A DNA stretch of 64,000 nucleotides from a virus. Lineage: Duplodnaviria; Heunggongvirae; Uroviricota; Caudoviricetes. The translations under genes were made by a program, and so were the position numbers. Shown one piece after another: positions 23,503 to 33,822 of the stretch. The stretch's first letter is position 1. Each line of letters begins with the position of its first letter. Under the pieces are notes generated by a model. That model was not told where the DNA came from and searched no databases. It was given only the letters and a program-made list of their open reading frames with translations. The DNA is taken from positions 7,047 to 71,046 of the IMG/VR virus record IMGVR_UViG_3300031555_005217; one strand, given 5' to 3'.

Positions 23503-23859
23503 ATGGCAAAAATTGATGTAAATTTATATTTCTTAGAAATGCAAGATCAATATTTTGAAATGTTAGATAATTTAAGAGAATTTAAAGAATTATCTATAGA
23601 AGGAAGAATAAGTCAAGAAGAATATGATTCTATGCTTCAAGAAGTTGAAATATTAAAAAATAACTATGAAAGATTAGCTTATATAATGTTTTTATTTAAT
23701 AAGCCAAAAGGAAAAAATGCTAAAAAGAGAAACATTAATTTAAGTTGGTATAATGAGTTAAAAGGTGCGTCTAAAGAAGCTGTTATTAATGAGAATGCTA
23801 ATGTTTTAGCAGATTTAAAGAAATTAATAGATTTAGGAAAGGAAAGAATAAATGGGTAG
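23503..23859 (+). CDS. Hypothetical protein
   Basis: Track ORF with GAAAGGA SD. Confidence 0.6.
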   Translation: MAKIDVNLYFLEMQDQYFEMLDNLREFKELSIEGRISQEEYDSMLQEVEILKNNYERLAYIMFLFNKPKGKNAKKRNINLSWYNELKGASKEAVINENANVLADLKKLIDLGKERING

Positions 23860-24547
23860 TTTAATTAGAACTGATTTATCTTTATTTGAAGATAGAATAG
23901 ATGAAATAACTTCAAAGACAAATTATTCTGAAGTTAAAGATACGATTTCAATGTTAAAAAATGAGTTACATAAAAATAAAGATTTAGTTTGTTTATGTGC
24001 TCCTCAAATCAATAAAAAGCTTCGTATTTTTGTTGTTAAGAACTCAGATAATAAATATAAAGCCTTCTTAAATCCAATGATTGTAAACGCATCTAAGGAG
24101 CTTCATTTGAGCAGAGAAGCTAATGCAAGTATTCCAAATAAAGAATTTATAATTCCAAGAAAAAATGAAGTACATGTTGCATATCAACAACCTAATGGAA
24201 GAGTTGAATCAGAAACTTATTCAGGTGCATATTCTGAAGTAATTCAGCAGATGATAGAAATGTTAGATGGAATAACATTATTAGATTATGGTTTAGATTT
24301 AGATTCAGTAGGGGGACCTAAAAAATTTGATAAGGCTACTAAAAAAGATAAACAAACTGTAATTGAAATGTATTTAGATAATTTAAAAAATTTATCAAAA
24401 GATTTTGAAGATGAAATAAATAATAATGAAGAACTTAAAAATCTTAATGATACAATAAAATTCCAAACTAAATTATTAACTGGAGAAATTAAACCTATAG
24501 ATTCAGATGGAAATATAATTGAAAATTATAGTCCAAAAGGAGAATAA
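23852..24547 (+). CDS. Peptide deformylase-fold protein lacking catalytic residues
   Basis: CLCAPQIN..LRIFVV, FLNPMI, EANAS (vs EGCLS), QQMIEMLDG (vs QHExDHLxG). Confidence 0.75.
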   Translation: MGSLIRTDLSLFEDRIDEITSKTNYSEVKDTISMLKNELHKNKDLVCLCAPQINKKLRIFVVKNSDNKYKAFLNPMIVNASKELHLSREANASIPNKEFIIPRKNEVHVAYQQPNGRVESETYSGAYSEVIQQMIEMLDGITLLDYGLDLDSVGGPKKFDKATKKDKQTVIEMYLDNLKNLSKDFEDEINNNEELKNLNDTIKFQTKLLTGEIKPIDSDGNIIENYSPKGE

Positions 24548-24548
24548 A

Positions 24549-24923
24549 ATGTTATTTGAATTTAATCAAGAACTTCAGTTTATGTCTGATATAGACATAA
24601 ATGATATAGGTCAATTTGCAATAGAAGCTAATAATGATGAAGGAATGTTTTGATACTTAATTGTAAGAACATCTTTAGGAACTTGTACTATAACTTCTTG
24701 TGGTCCTTTGGTTCCAGATTTAGAATTACTTCCATCAGGATTTACACAAAAATTAGAAAGAATTCCTTTTAAAGAAGATAAATTATGTAAATATATAAGT
24801 ATGTTTTTAAATGATAAAGGAAAGAAAATAACTAAAGCTGTCGAAATTGAAATTGAAGATGCTATAGAACAATTTAAAGATTTAAAAGAATATTTAGAAA
24901 ATTATAGTGAGGAGATTTTTTAA
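24549..24923 (+). CDS. Hypothetical protein, 1 TGA
   Basis: GGAG SD and ATG 24549, in frame with track ORF 24708..24923. Confidence 0.65.
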
Positions 24924-25144
24924 TGAGAACACCTCTTAGAAACTTTTATAATCAAATAATAGGTTGGATAGAAGAAGACAATAATGGAAATCAAATTGGA
25001 AGAGATTTTTATTTAAGAATTGTTGGAAGATATAAAAAAGATTTAAATGTAACTGAAGATTTTTATCATAGGGTTGTTGGAAGAGGAAATTTATTAGCAA
25101 GTTTAATTCAACAAGCTGATGATGAAAATAGAAAAAAGAAATAG
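24923..25144 (+). CDS. Small protein with three internal beta-hairpin repeats
   Basis: RNFYNQIIGW / RDFYLRIVGR / EDFYHRVVGR. Confidence 0.65.
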   Translation: MRTPLRNFYNQIIGWIEEDNNGNQIGRDFYLRIVGRYKKDLNVTEDFYHRVVGRGNLLASLIQQADDENRKKK

Positions 25145-25161
25145 AAAGGTAATAGTTAAAC

Positions 25162-25581
25162 ATGTTTTTTAATAAAAAAATAAAACTTTATGGAGTTTTT
25201 TTAGAAAACGATATGAGTAAATTATTAACTATTGTTCAGAATAAACAGGATATAAATGAATATGTAAATAAATTACTTAAATTAGAGCATTCAATCCATT
25301 ACAGCACCTGATTACAAGTAAGATCTTTACAAGATTCAGAAGATAATTGAAAAGAATATTTTAATAAAGTTTTAACAGATGAAGATAAACTAAAATTTAG
25401 TGTTTGTAAACTTGTTTATAAAAAAGAGCAACTAAGTTCTATACTAAGAATGTTTTGTGGATGTACCCCTATAGGATGTTCTTTCAATACTCAAGCAGAA
25501 TATAATTATTTTTCTCAACAATATGGAGATGATTATATGGAAACAGATACTTCAGAAGATGATTTAGATTTAGTTTCTTAA
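25162..25581 (+). CDS. Hypothetical protein, 2 TGA
   Basis: GAAAGG SD; open under code 4; missing from the track. Confidence 0.65.
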
Positions 25582-25595
25582 AGGAGTACATCTAT

Positions 25596-26069
25596 ATGGC
25601 AATAAATAAAGGAAAAGCTTTTGAAAAGAAATTTGCAGAAGATTTTATTAAAACAGTTCCTAATTGTAGTTTAGATCGTCTTTATGATTCTGTATCTGGA
25701 TTTAAATCAATATCAAATATTTCAGACTTTATAGGATATTCTAAACCTAATATATTTTATTTAGAATGTAAAACTCACAAAGGAAATACTTTTCCTTTAA
25801 CTAATTTATCTCAATATGATAAGTTAGTTAATAAAGTAGGAATTCCAGGAGTTAGAGCTGGAGTAATTATTTGATTTGAAGATCATGATAGAGTTATTTA
25901 TGTACCAATAAATACTATTACAAATTTAAAAAATGATGATAAAAAGTCTGTTAATATTAGAACAATAGAAAAAGAAGGATATAAAATATTAAATATTCCT
26001 TCAATTAAAAGAAGAGTTTATTTAGATTCTGATTATTCAGGATTATTAAATTTAGAAGATTATGATTAA
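25596..26069 (+). CDS. RecU-like Holliday junction resolvase, 1 TGA
   Basis: NKGKAFE, ISDFIGY, LECKTHKGNTFPL, QYDKL, AGVII-W-F. Confidence 0.75.
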
Positions 26070-26109
26070 TTGTATTATTATAAAATAATATGAAAGGATT
26101 AATTATATT

Positions 26110-26595
26110 ATGGCAAAACCTAATTTAAATGATGCATTAGAAAATGTAGAAATGATTTATAGTGAAATTGCAGATATTGCAGGTGAAATGACTGATGAAC
26201 TATTTACTCCTATAAATAACTTAGTTAACAGTGTTAGAGAAGATGTTAATAATTTATCTGTAGGAGAAATTAGAGAATATTTATTACGACTTCAATTACG
26301 AGCTTATCAATTGAGTGAAGTCAAGGATAAATCAGGAATTAAAGCAGAATGTGCAGAAGCACTAAGAAAAGAAAAATTTGCTAGGAGTTTTAATGAAGCA
26401 TCTGGTTCAGCTGCAGTTAAAGATAATATTGCTTTAATTGAAAGTTCAGAACAAGTTGTAGTTGAAACATTATATAACTTAGTGGCAAACTTAATTAAAA
26501 CAAAAGTCGATCAATTACATAGATTAATTGATACATTAAAATCTATCTTAGTATCTAGAATGCAAGAAGCTAAGATTAGTTCAATTATAGAATAA
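26110..26595 (+). CDS. Coiled-coil hypothetical protein upstream of RecA (possible recombination mediator)
   Basis: Track ORF; all-helical; synteny only. Confidence 0.45.
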   Translation: MAKPNLNDALENVEMIYSEIADIAGEMTDELFTPINNLVNSVREDVNNLSVGEIREYLLRLQLRAYQLSEVKDKSGIKAECAEALRKEKFARSFNEASGSAAVKDNIALIESSEQVVVETLYNLVANLIKTKVDQLHRLIDTLKSILVSRMQEAKISSIIE

Positions 26596-26608
26596 GGAGA
26601 TAATTAAA

Positions 26609-27766
26609 ATGGCAGAAGAAAAGAAAGCAAGTTTACTTGACTGAGCAAAAAAAGTAAATAAAGAATTTGATTCTAAAACATTATTAAGACGTTCAGATGT
26701 AATTCCAGGATATGCTAGATTACATACAGCGGCTTTAGGAATGGATTACCCATTATTTGGAGGATTACCTTATGGTAGAATTGTAGTATTCTCAGGAAAA
26801 CAACATTCAGGTAAGACTACAGCGGCATTTGCTCAGTTAGCAGCATATCAAAGAGAAAATCCTGATAAGAGTTGTTTATTTATAGATGTTGAACAAGCTG
26901 TTGATATTGAATTCCAAGCTTTAATGAATGGAGTAGATTTAACTAAATTAATCATTTTACAACCTGAAGAAGGAATGTCAGGAGAACAAATTTTAGGTTT
27001 AGTTCTTGAAGCTCAATTTGATAATGATGATATAGGATTAATTATTTTAGACTCTATTCCAGCATTAGTTACAGCACAAAATTTAAAAAATGATTTTACT
27101 AAAGATACTGGAAAACAAGGAACAATTGCTAAACCTTTACATAAGTTTTGTGGTGAAATTCTTCCATCATTAAATAAAAAGCAAAACATTTTAATTTTAA
27201 TTAATCAAGTTCGTGTAAAAGATGTTATGTATAATGGAGCACCTATTTATTCAGAGCCAGGTGGAGATGCACCTAAATTCTACTCAACTGTATCTGTAAG
27301 ATTTGGTACTAGAACTTTTATGAAAGGTGAAGATGAAATTACAGGTGAAAATAATGGTGATGGAGCAGATGGATTTAGATTAAAATTCCAAATAACTAAG
27401 AATAAAACAGCTCCTTGTAATAGAGGTGGCGGATTTATTACTTATAGATATGAAACTGGAATGGATTCAATGCATGATTTACTTGAAATTGCCACAACAT
27501 TTGATTTTATTCAAAGATTAAATAATGTAACATATCAATTAATTAATCTTGAAACTGGAGAAGTTTTATTAGATGAAGACGGAAAAGAATTAAAAGGTAA
27601 AAAGAAATATTTAATTGAATATATTAATTCACATAAAAATTTTAGAGAAACTTATATTAAAATGTTAACAGATTATATCAGTGCAAGTAATACTAAGAAA
27701 CATTTATTAAGTGAAGCAGATGAAGCAGCAATTGCTGAGGAAGAAAAAACTGTAAAGCAGGAGTAA
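26609..27766 (+). CDS. recA: RecA/UvsX recombinase, 1 TGA at codon 12
   Basis: GGLPYGRIVVFSGKQHSGKTT, FIDVEQA, IILDSIPAL, LINQVR, PGGDAPKFY; AAGGAG SD before ATG 26609. Confidence 0.9.
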
Positions 27767-27770
27767 TTTT

Positions 27771-28151
27771 ATGATTGTAGGATTAAGAGAAAGAAAAAAA
27801 GATAACGATCCTAAAAAACCTACAAGATATTATTCTAAAAATCAAGAAAAAGAAGTTGCAAAAAGATTAGGAGGTAGCACCACATTAAATTCAGGTGCTA
27901 CTCCTTTTCAAAAAGGTGATATTAATGTAGGAAATTTATTATTAATTGAATGTAAAACTAAAACTAAAGATAGTGATTCAATTAGTATTAAAAAAGAATG
28001 ATTAGAAAAAAATTTAAAAGAAGCATTATTTATGGGAAAGAAGTATAATACATTAGCTTTTAATTTTGGTCCAAATCAAAAAAATTATTATATATTAGAT
28101 GAATGTTTATTTGAAGAGTTTATTAATTATTTAAAAGATATAAATAGTTAA
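27771..28151 (+). CDS. Hjc-like PD-(D/E)XK resolvase/endonuclease, 1 TGA
   Basis: QEKEVAK, NSGATPFQKGDI, LIECKT, SIKKE-W-LEK. Confidence 0.75.
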
Positions 28152-28164
28152 GGAGGTTTTAAAT

Positions 28165-29088
28165 ATGAGAAGTTTTAGTTATTTAAAAATTCCTTTACAT
28201 GGTTTAACATTTAAAAAATTAGATACTAATGAAGTGTTTTATAATGAATTAGAATTAGATTTAAGATGTTATTATGCAAGTAAAGATGGAATATATTTTG
28301 ATGAGCCTATATTTCAAGATTTAAATAATTATTTATTAATGGATAATGAAGGAAATGAAATAACTTTATTTTCATATTTAAAGCAGAATAATTATTTAAC
28401 TAATAAATATGTTATAATTTCAACTAGATTAAATAAACTATTAAGTATTCAAGATTTGGATGTTGGAAGTTGTGAATCTTTTTACAGTCTTAAAATATCA
28501 TCAGATATAAGTCATTTTTTAAATAGCTTAAATTTAAGTAATTTTAAAGTTATTCCTAATAATTTCAATTATAATTTACATCCATCTTCTTTTTATAATG
28601 ATATTAGAGATGATATTTTGTTTTTTATTGAAAGCAATAATATTGTAATTAGGGAACTATTAAATAAAAAAAGAATTGAAGTTATTGAGAAAGAATTTAA
28701 AAAAATATGTAACTATATGATTGAAAATGGTATATATTTTAAATTTAAGGATACTTTTACCTTTTTTAGATATTCTTTAAAGGACGAATTAGATTTGAAA
28801 ATATCATTTTTAGATACTTCAGGTACAAATAAATTAGTTATAAATGCAAATAGAACATTTAATATGACTGAATCAGAAATTAATAATCTATTTGTTAATT
28901 TAGAATATAATAGAAAACTTATAGAAGCATATTACAAAAGTTACATTTTATATATAAAATCTATATTTAAGTTTGATTTCTGCATCTTAGATCTAAATAA
29001 ATATGATAAAAATTTATTTACTTTTGGGTATATAAATGATTTTATATTTAAAAATATAAATGAAATATTTAATAATGAGAGGAATTAA
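28165..29088 (+). CDS. Hypothetical protein (very AT-rich)
   Basis: 307-aa track ORF with AAGGAGG SD. Confidence 0.6.
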   Translation: MRSFSYLKIPLHGLTFKKLDTNEVFYNELELDLRCYYASKDGIYFDEPIFQDLNNYLLMDNEGNEITLFSYLKQNNYLTNKYVIISTRLNKLLSIQDLDVGSCESFYSLKISSDISHFLNSLNLSNFKVIPNNFNYNLHPSSFYNDIRDDILFFIESNNIVIRELLNKKRIEVIEKEFKKICNYMIENGIYFKFKDTFTFFRYSLKDELDLKISFLDTSGTNKLVINANRTFNMTESEINNLFVNLEYNRKLIEAYYKSYILYIKSIFKFDFCILDLNKYDKNLFTFGYINDFIFKNINEIFNNERN

Positions 29089-29089
29089 A

Positions 29090-29806
29090 ATGAAATACTT
29101 AAATAACAATAATGAACAATATATTTTACATTTTCCTTCTGAGGATGAATTAAATATCTCATATTTTTTTAAAGAAGAATTAAATAAAAAAATTAGTGTA
29201 AATAATCAAATTACAATACTAACAACTATAAAAGATTTACATTCTACTTTTTTAACCCAATGTTTAAAAAATAAAATACCTGTAATAAAAACTGAAAATA
29301 ATAATATTTTAAAAGAAATTTCACATATAAATACAGAATATTGTTTAATTGTTAAAGAAAAAGATGCTATATTACTTAATGATTTAGATGATTTTTTCAT
29401 AGAGAAATTTCTATCCTTATCTGAACCATTTGTTTTTGCAGGAATGTCTTCAGCATTTCCTAGTGAAAATCTTGAAAATTTTAATATTTTATTTTTTAAA
29501 GGAATATATAAATATATTAATTCATCTTTAATTTTCGGAAAAAAAGATGCTATAATTGAATTTTTTTCAAATTTAAACTTCAATTTATTTAAGGATAGTT
29601 ATAATTTTAAACAAGATAATACCATTTTTAGAACTCTTTTATCAGATAATTTCTGTAAAAAGGATTTTAATAATTCTTATATAGATTCTCAAGCAAAATT
29701 ATTTTCAACAATAGTATGTCCTTTTTCTTACATAAAAGATAATATAGATTATAAAGAAGTTATAAATAAGTTTGATTATAATTATATTTTTAGAGGTGAA
29801 ATTTAG
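29090..29806 (+). CDS. Degenerate glycosyltransferase-like protein (PLOD GT-domain-like)
   Basis: FIEKFLSLSEPFVFAG...FPS...YKYINSSLIFG resembles VVFSAE..YP...RFLNSGxFIG; no clear DxD. Confidence 0.35.
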   Translation: MKYLNNNNEQYILHFPSEDELNISYFFKEELNKKISVNNQITILTTIKDLHSTFLTQCLKNKIPVIKTENNNILKEISHINTEYCLIVKEKDAILLNDLDDFFIEKFLSLSEPFVFAGMSSAFPSENLENFNILFFKGIYKYINSSLIFGKKDAIIEFFSNLNFNLFKDSYNFKQDNTIFRTLLSDNFCKKDFNNSYIDSQAKLFSTIVCPFSYIKDNIDYKEVINKFDYNYIFRGEI

Positions 29807-30915
29807 TGAACTATTTAAGCATTACAAATTTCAATTTTAATTCAGTAAATGATTATGAAAGTTTAAATTTAATAGAACAGAATTCTAGGATATATGGACA
29901 CAAACATCAAGATGATAAAATCATCTTTGAAGCAAACTTTGTAGCTTGTCCTTGCATATATTATGTGAGACAAGATGATTTGTTTTGCTTTAGTTTTGAT
30001 GTTGATCAAGTTGTTGAGTTTGCTCAACAGCATAATATTCCTTTAACAGATACATATGATAATTTAAAAGATATAAGTGATAATATTAGATCTCATATAA
30101 AATCTTCTATAATGAAAAGATATAAATATAATATAAATTATATTGAAAAATGGAAGAAAGTTACTTTAGATAATAAAGGAAACTTTAAAATAGAAGAAAA
30201 CAATTTTATTCCATTTCAACTTGAAATAAAATATAATTATTCTTTATTTAAAAAATGAGTTATTAAATATAAAAAGTTAGTAACTAATTTAATTAATAAA
30301 AATAAGTTTATTCCTACTATAACAGCAGGGCTTGATACTAGAGCTTTAACTGCTTTTTATAGAGATAGAATTAAAGATATAAATTATTATTATTTAACAG
30401 CAATAAAAGGTGATGGAAAGAATAACGTTAATAAAGGATTAAAAGAGGTTGAAATTGCTGATAAAGTAGCTAAAAAAATTGGATTATTAGGTGAACGTGT
30501 TGAATTTTTAAATATAAAGGATAAAGAATATATAACTTTAAGTGGTCAATTTAATGAAAATATTAATTCATATGATAATCCTAATGATCCTGATTGGATA
30601 TATAAATTTTTACAACATGCTTGAGGAAATACTTCGGATTATAGATATGATTATCAATTACTTCCTTTTTTGGATGATGATTGATTAATATTCAAACAAG
30701 ATTTTGAAAATAAAGAGTTGCAAAGATGTTTATTTATGTTATTATTTGCTTCAGATATTTTACATATTCCTTTTATAAGTGGTGCTAGGTTATTTAATGT
30801 ATATACTGAAGGAGCTTTTATTTCAGTAGTATTAAAAAATAATTTAAAAGCAGCTATAGAAATATTAGATTATTGAGGAGAAGAAAAGATTAATAATATT
30901 TTTAAGGAGGATTAA
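29806..30915 (+). CDS. Asparagine synthetase-like (AsnB / N-type ATP pyrophosphatase) protein, degenerate; multiple TGA
   Basis: PCIYY...FCFSFD resembles the AsnB KPLYY...FASE segment; TITAGLDTRAL resembles LSGGLDS; frame continues past TGA 30256 to TAA 30913. Confidence 0.5.
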
Positions 30916-30917
30916 AA

Positions 30918-31193
30918 ATGGAAAATACAATTTGAGATGAATTTATAAATTTAGGATACATTATTCAAAAACCTAATAAAGACAAGCAATACTTTTTAGT
31001 AAAACAATTTTCAAATTATTCAAAGTTTATTTTTATAACTAGAAATAAAAAATCTGTCAAAGTAGAATGTAAAATATTAAAAAATACTAATTATACAGAT
31101 TCTTATATAGATGTAAAAGAAGGAAATTTATTAATTAATTTATTTGATGATATTTGAAATATAAAAGATTACGAATTTTTAATGATAGAGTAA
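30918..31193 (+). CDS. Small hypothetical protein, 2 TGA
   Basis: AAGGAGG SD; open under code 4. Confidence 0.55.
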
Positions 31194-31226
31194 AATAATA
31201 TTGTATTATATAATGTAATTTAAAAC

Positions 31227-31270
31227 TGCTTGTTTAATAACTCGACCAAGCAAAATAATAAGTTAAATAA
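31227..31270 (+). promoter_or_regulatory. Candidate preQ1-I-like pseudoknot leader upstream of queF-like/yhhQ
   Basis: TGCTTG/CAAGCA stem, loop containing TAACT complementary to AGTTA in an A-rich 3' tail, just before the AGGAG SD. Confidence 0.3.
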
Positions 31271-31290
31271 AAAATAGGAGAATTTGAAAA

Positions 31291-31668
31291 ATGGGAATGT
31301 TTAAAAACACTCAAGGGATTACAAAGATTGTATTCCAACCAAAATTAGCAGCTCATTGTTTTTGCCCTTTAGGTGAGCTATACTGTAAAAAAGAGGCTGA
31401 AGGTACAGGTAAGAAACAAATGTTACCTCATTACACTAATCATTTTAAAATTACATTTATTCCAAATAAGTTAGTTTGTGATTATTGTGATATAGAGGAT
31501 TGGATTAGGGAAAATATCAATGATCAAACATTAATTATTGAAGATTGTGTTGATATGTTATTCAACCATATTAATACAACATATTCACCTGAATTTTTAA
31601 AGGTTGAATCATATGTACCTGACGCAGTTCATGGACCAGTAACAATTGAAAAGGAGACCATTTATTAA
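31291..31668 (+). CDS. QueF-like T-fold protein (QueF-L-type)
   Basis: HCFCPLG catalytic-Cys-like motif, FIPNKLVCDY, LIIEDC, PEFLKV; the QueF E(S/L)K(S/A)hK NADPH signature is not seen. Confidence 0.65.
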   Translation: MGMFKNTQGITKIVFQPKLAAHCFCPLGELYCKKEAEGTGKKQMLPHYTNHFKITFIPNKLVCDYCDIEDWIRENINDQTLIIEDCVDMLFNHINTTYSPEFLKVESYVPDAVHGPVTIEKETIY

Positions 31669-31672
31669 AATT

Positions 31673-32437
31673 ATGAAAAATCTAATACAAAAATTAAAAT
31701 CATTTAAAGCTAGTTCTTATATATTAGCAGTTACTATTTTCTATGCTATGGGCAGTTTACTAATTAATCTTATGGCAGTAAAAACAATGGGATATTATGA
31801 ACCTATTGATTTTGATAAAGGATTATTTGGTAACCCTATTATTCCAATTACCACAGCAGGAACTTGTATTTCTTGGTTAGTATTTGGAGCTATTGATGTA
31901 ATTACTGAAATTAGAGGTAAAAAAGGTGCCGTTCAAACTTTCTGGATTGTAGGTATACTAAATGTATTATTTACAGTTATTGCGGCATTAATTTGTTTTA
32001 TCCCTGGTAATCCTTGGACTAAAGATGCTTATGATGGAGTGTTTGGTGGTAACTGGGGTATTGCATTATCAAGTATTACCGCATTCTTAATTGGTAATTA
32101 TGTAAATGCTATTATATTCTATGTTATGAAGGTTAGAGATAAAGATCCAAAATCAGGTAAGAGTTTTACATTAAGAGTTATTGTATCAACACTAGTAGGT
32201 CAATTATTAGATAATGCTATTTTCTATATCGTGGCCTTAGCTCCTGGATTTGGAATTGGTGGAATTGTAAATCCTGCTGTAAGATGTGCAAACTGGGGTC
32301 ATTTATTTATGATAGTTGGATTTACTACAGCCATTGAATTAATAATAGAAACATTATTTAGTCCACTATTCCATAAATTCAGTCAATTTGTAATTAAGAA
32401 AAAAGAGCAAGAAGGAATTGAAGATATTTCATTATAA
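31673..32437 (+). CDS. yhhQ: YhhQ/VUT-family preQ0/preQ1 transporter
   Basis: DVITEIRGKKGA, SSITAFLIGNYVNAIIF, LRVIVSTLVGQLLDNAIF; multiple TM helices. Confidence 0.85.
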   Translation: MKNLIQKLKSFKASSYILAVTIFYAMGSLLINLMAVKTMGYYEPIDFDKGLFGNPIIPITTAGTCISWLVFGAIDVITEIRGKKGAVQTFWIVGILNVLFTVIAALICFIPGNPWTKDAYDGVFGGNWGIALSSITAFLIGNYVNAIIFYVMKVRDKDPKSGKSFTLRVIVSTLVGQLLDNAIFYIVALAPGFGIGGIVNPAVRCANWGHLFMIVGFTTAIELIIETLFSPLFHKFSQFVIKKKEQEGIEDISL

Positions 32438-32464
32438 AAAACAGGTAGAAATACCTGTTTTTAT
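32437..32464 (+). terminator. Intrinsic terminator
   Basis: AAAACAGGTA-gaaa-TACCTGTTTT followed by Ts. Confidence 0.8.
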
Positions 32465-32509
32465 TTTGATTAATTGTATATTATTTAAAATAAATAAGGA
32501 GTGATTAGT

Positions 32510-33061
32510 ATGAGTAAAGCCTTTAAAGTAGGTTTATATGTAGGTAGATTTCAACCAATGCATAGAGGGCATGAAAGTATAATTAGAAAAGCACTTAAAA
32601 TATGTGATATAGTAATAGTTGCTATTGGATCTAGTCAAGAAGAACATACCGAAAGAAATCCTTTTAGTGTAAGTTTGCGAGCTGAAATGATTAAAAAGAT
32701 ATTCAAACGTGAATATGAATGTCAATGTCTATATGTAATGGGTGTAAGAGATAGAGAAGATCCCGCAGATAATAGTGAATGGGGAGAGTATTTATTAGAT
32801 TCGGTTAAGATTGCAACTGGAGGTTTAGAACCAGATGTAATTATTGAAGGTTTTGAAACTACAAGAAGATCTTGGTTTTCCGAAAATTTATTATCACATG
32901 TGGTAATTAATAGAACTAATTTGCCTATATCAGGAACTCAGGTAAGAAAATATTTAGAAGATGATAATAGAACTGAATGGCGACATACAGTAAATAAAGT
33001 TATTTGGCCTTACTATGATAAGTTAAGGAAGGAATTAAAATTATGCGAAAAGAAAGAATAG
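32510..33061 (+). CDS. nadM: NadM-like NMN/NaMN adenylyltransferase
   Basis: YVGRFQPMHRGH (HxGH), IGSSQE...ERNPFS, ISGTQVR. Confidence 0.85.
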   Translation: MSKAFKVGLYVGRFQPMHRGHESIIRKALKICDIVIVAIGSSQEEHTERNPFSVSLRAEMIKKIFKREYECQCLYVMGVRDREDPADNSEWGEYLLDSVKIATGGLEPDVIIEGFETTRRSWFSENLLSHVVINRTNLPISGTQVRKYLEDDNRTEWRHTVNKVIWPYYDKLRKELKLCEKKE

Positions 33062-33822
33062 AACATTACGTAAATTATATAATTAAATTTATTAAAAATG
33101 AATTAGGTAAAGGTAAAGCAGTAATTGGTATTTCTGGTGGAAAAGATAGCACTATTACTGCAGCTTTATTATGTAAGGCATTGGGTCCTGAAAATGTAAT
33201 AGGTGTTATGATGCCTAATGGAGAACAATCTGATATTGAGGATTCAATTAAGGTTTTAAATTTTCTAGATATTCCAAGTGAAAACAGAAAGGTATTAAAT
33301 ATTGAAACTGCTTACCTTGCAACTATTAAGGAACTAGGCTTTAATACTAACACAGTTCCATCAATGATAAAAACTAATCTACCAGCAAGGTTAAGAATGG
33401 CAAATCTATATAACGTTGCAGCTTTATATCAAAATTCAAGGGTAATAAATACTTGTAACTTATCTGAAAATTATGTTGGTTATTCAACTAAGTTTGGTGA
33501 TCATGCTGGAGATACTGGAATATTGTATGATTTAACAGTTAAGGAATGTTTAGAAATTGGAGATTATTTAGGATTGCCTTATGATTTAGTCCATAAAAAA
33601 CCTTCTGATGGAATGTGTGGTAAGACTGATGAGGATAACTTAGGTTTTACCTATGAAGAGTTGGATAACTATATACTAAATAATGAAAAACCAAGTAATG
33701 ATAAATTAGAAAAAATTGAGAAGCTACATACAAATAATTTACATAAACTTAACCCAATGCCTTATCCAAGTAGAATGTTAATGGAATTAGATTACTTAAG
33801 TAGTGTAGCAGATGAATTATAG
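33043..33822 (+). CDS. nadE: NH3-dependent NAD synthetase
   Basis: IGISGGKDS, NLPARLRM..LY, NLSENYVGYSTKFGD, KKPSDG, DEDNLGFTY. Confidence 0.92.
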   Translation: MRKERIEHYVNYIIKFIKNELGKGKAVIGISGGKDSTITAALLCKALGPENVIGVMMPNGEQSDIEDSIKVLNFLDIPSENRKVLNIETAYLATIKELGFNTNTVPSMIKTNLPARLRMANLYNVAALYQNSRVINTCNLSENYVGYSTKFGDHAGDTGILYDLTVKECLEIGDYLGLPYDLVHKKPSDGMCGKTDEDNLGFTYEELDNYILNNEKPSNDKLEKIEKLHTNNLHKLNPMPYPSRMLMELDYLSSVADEL

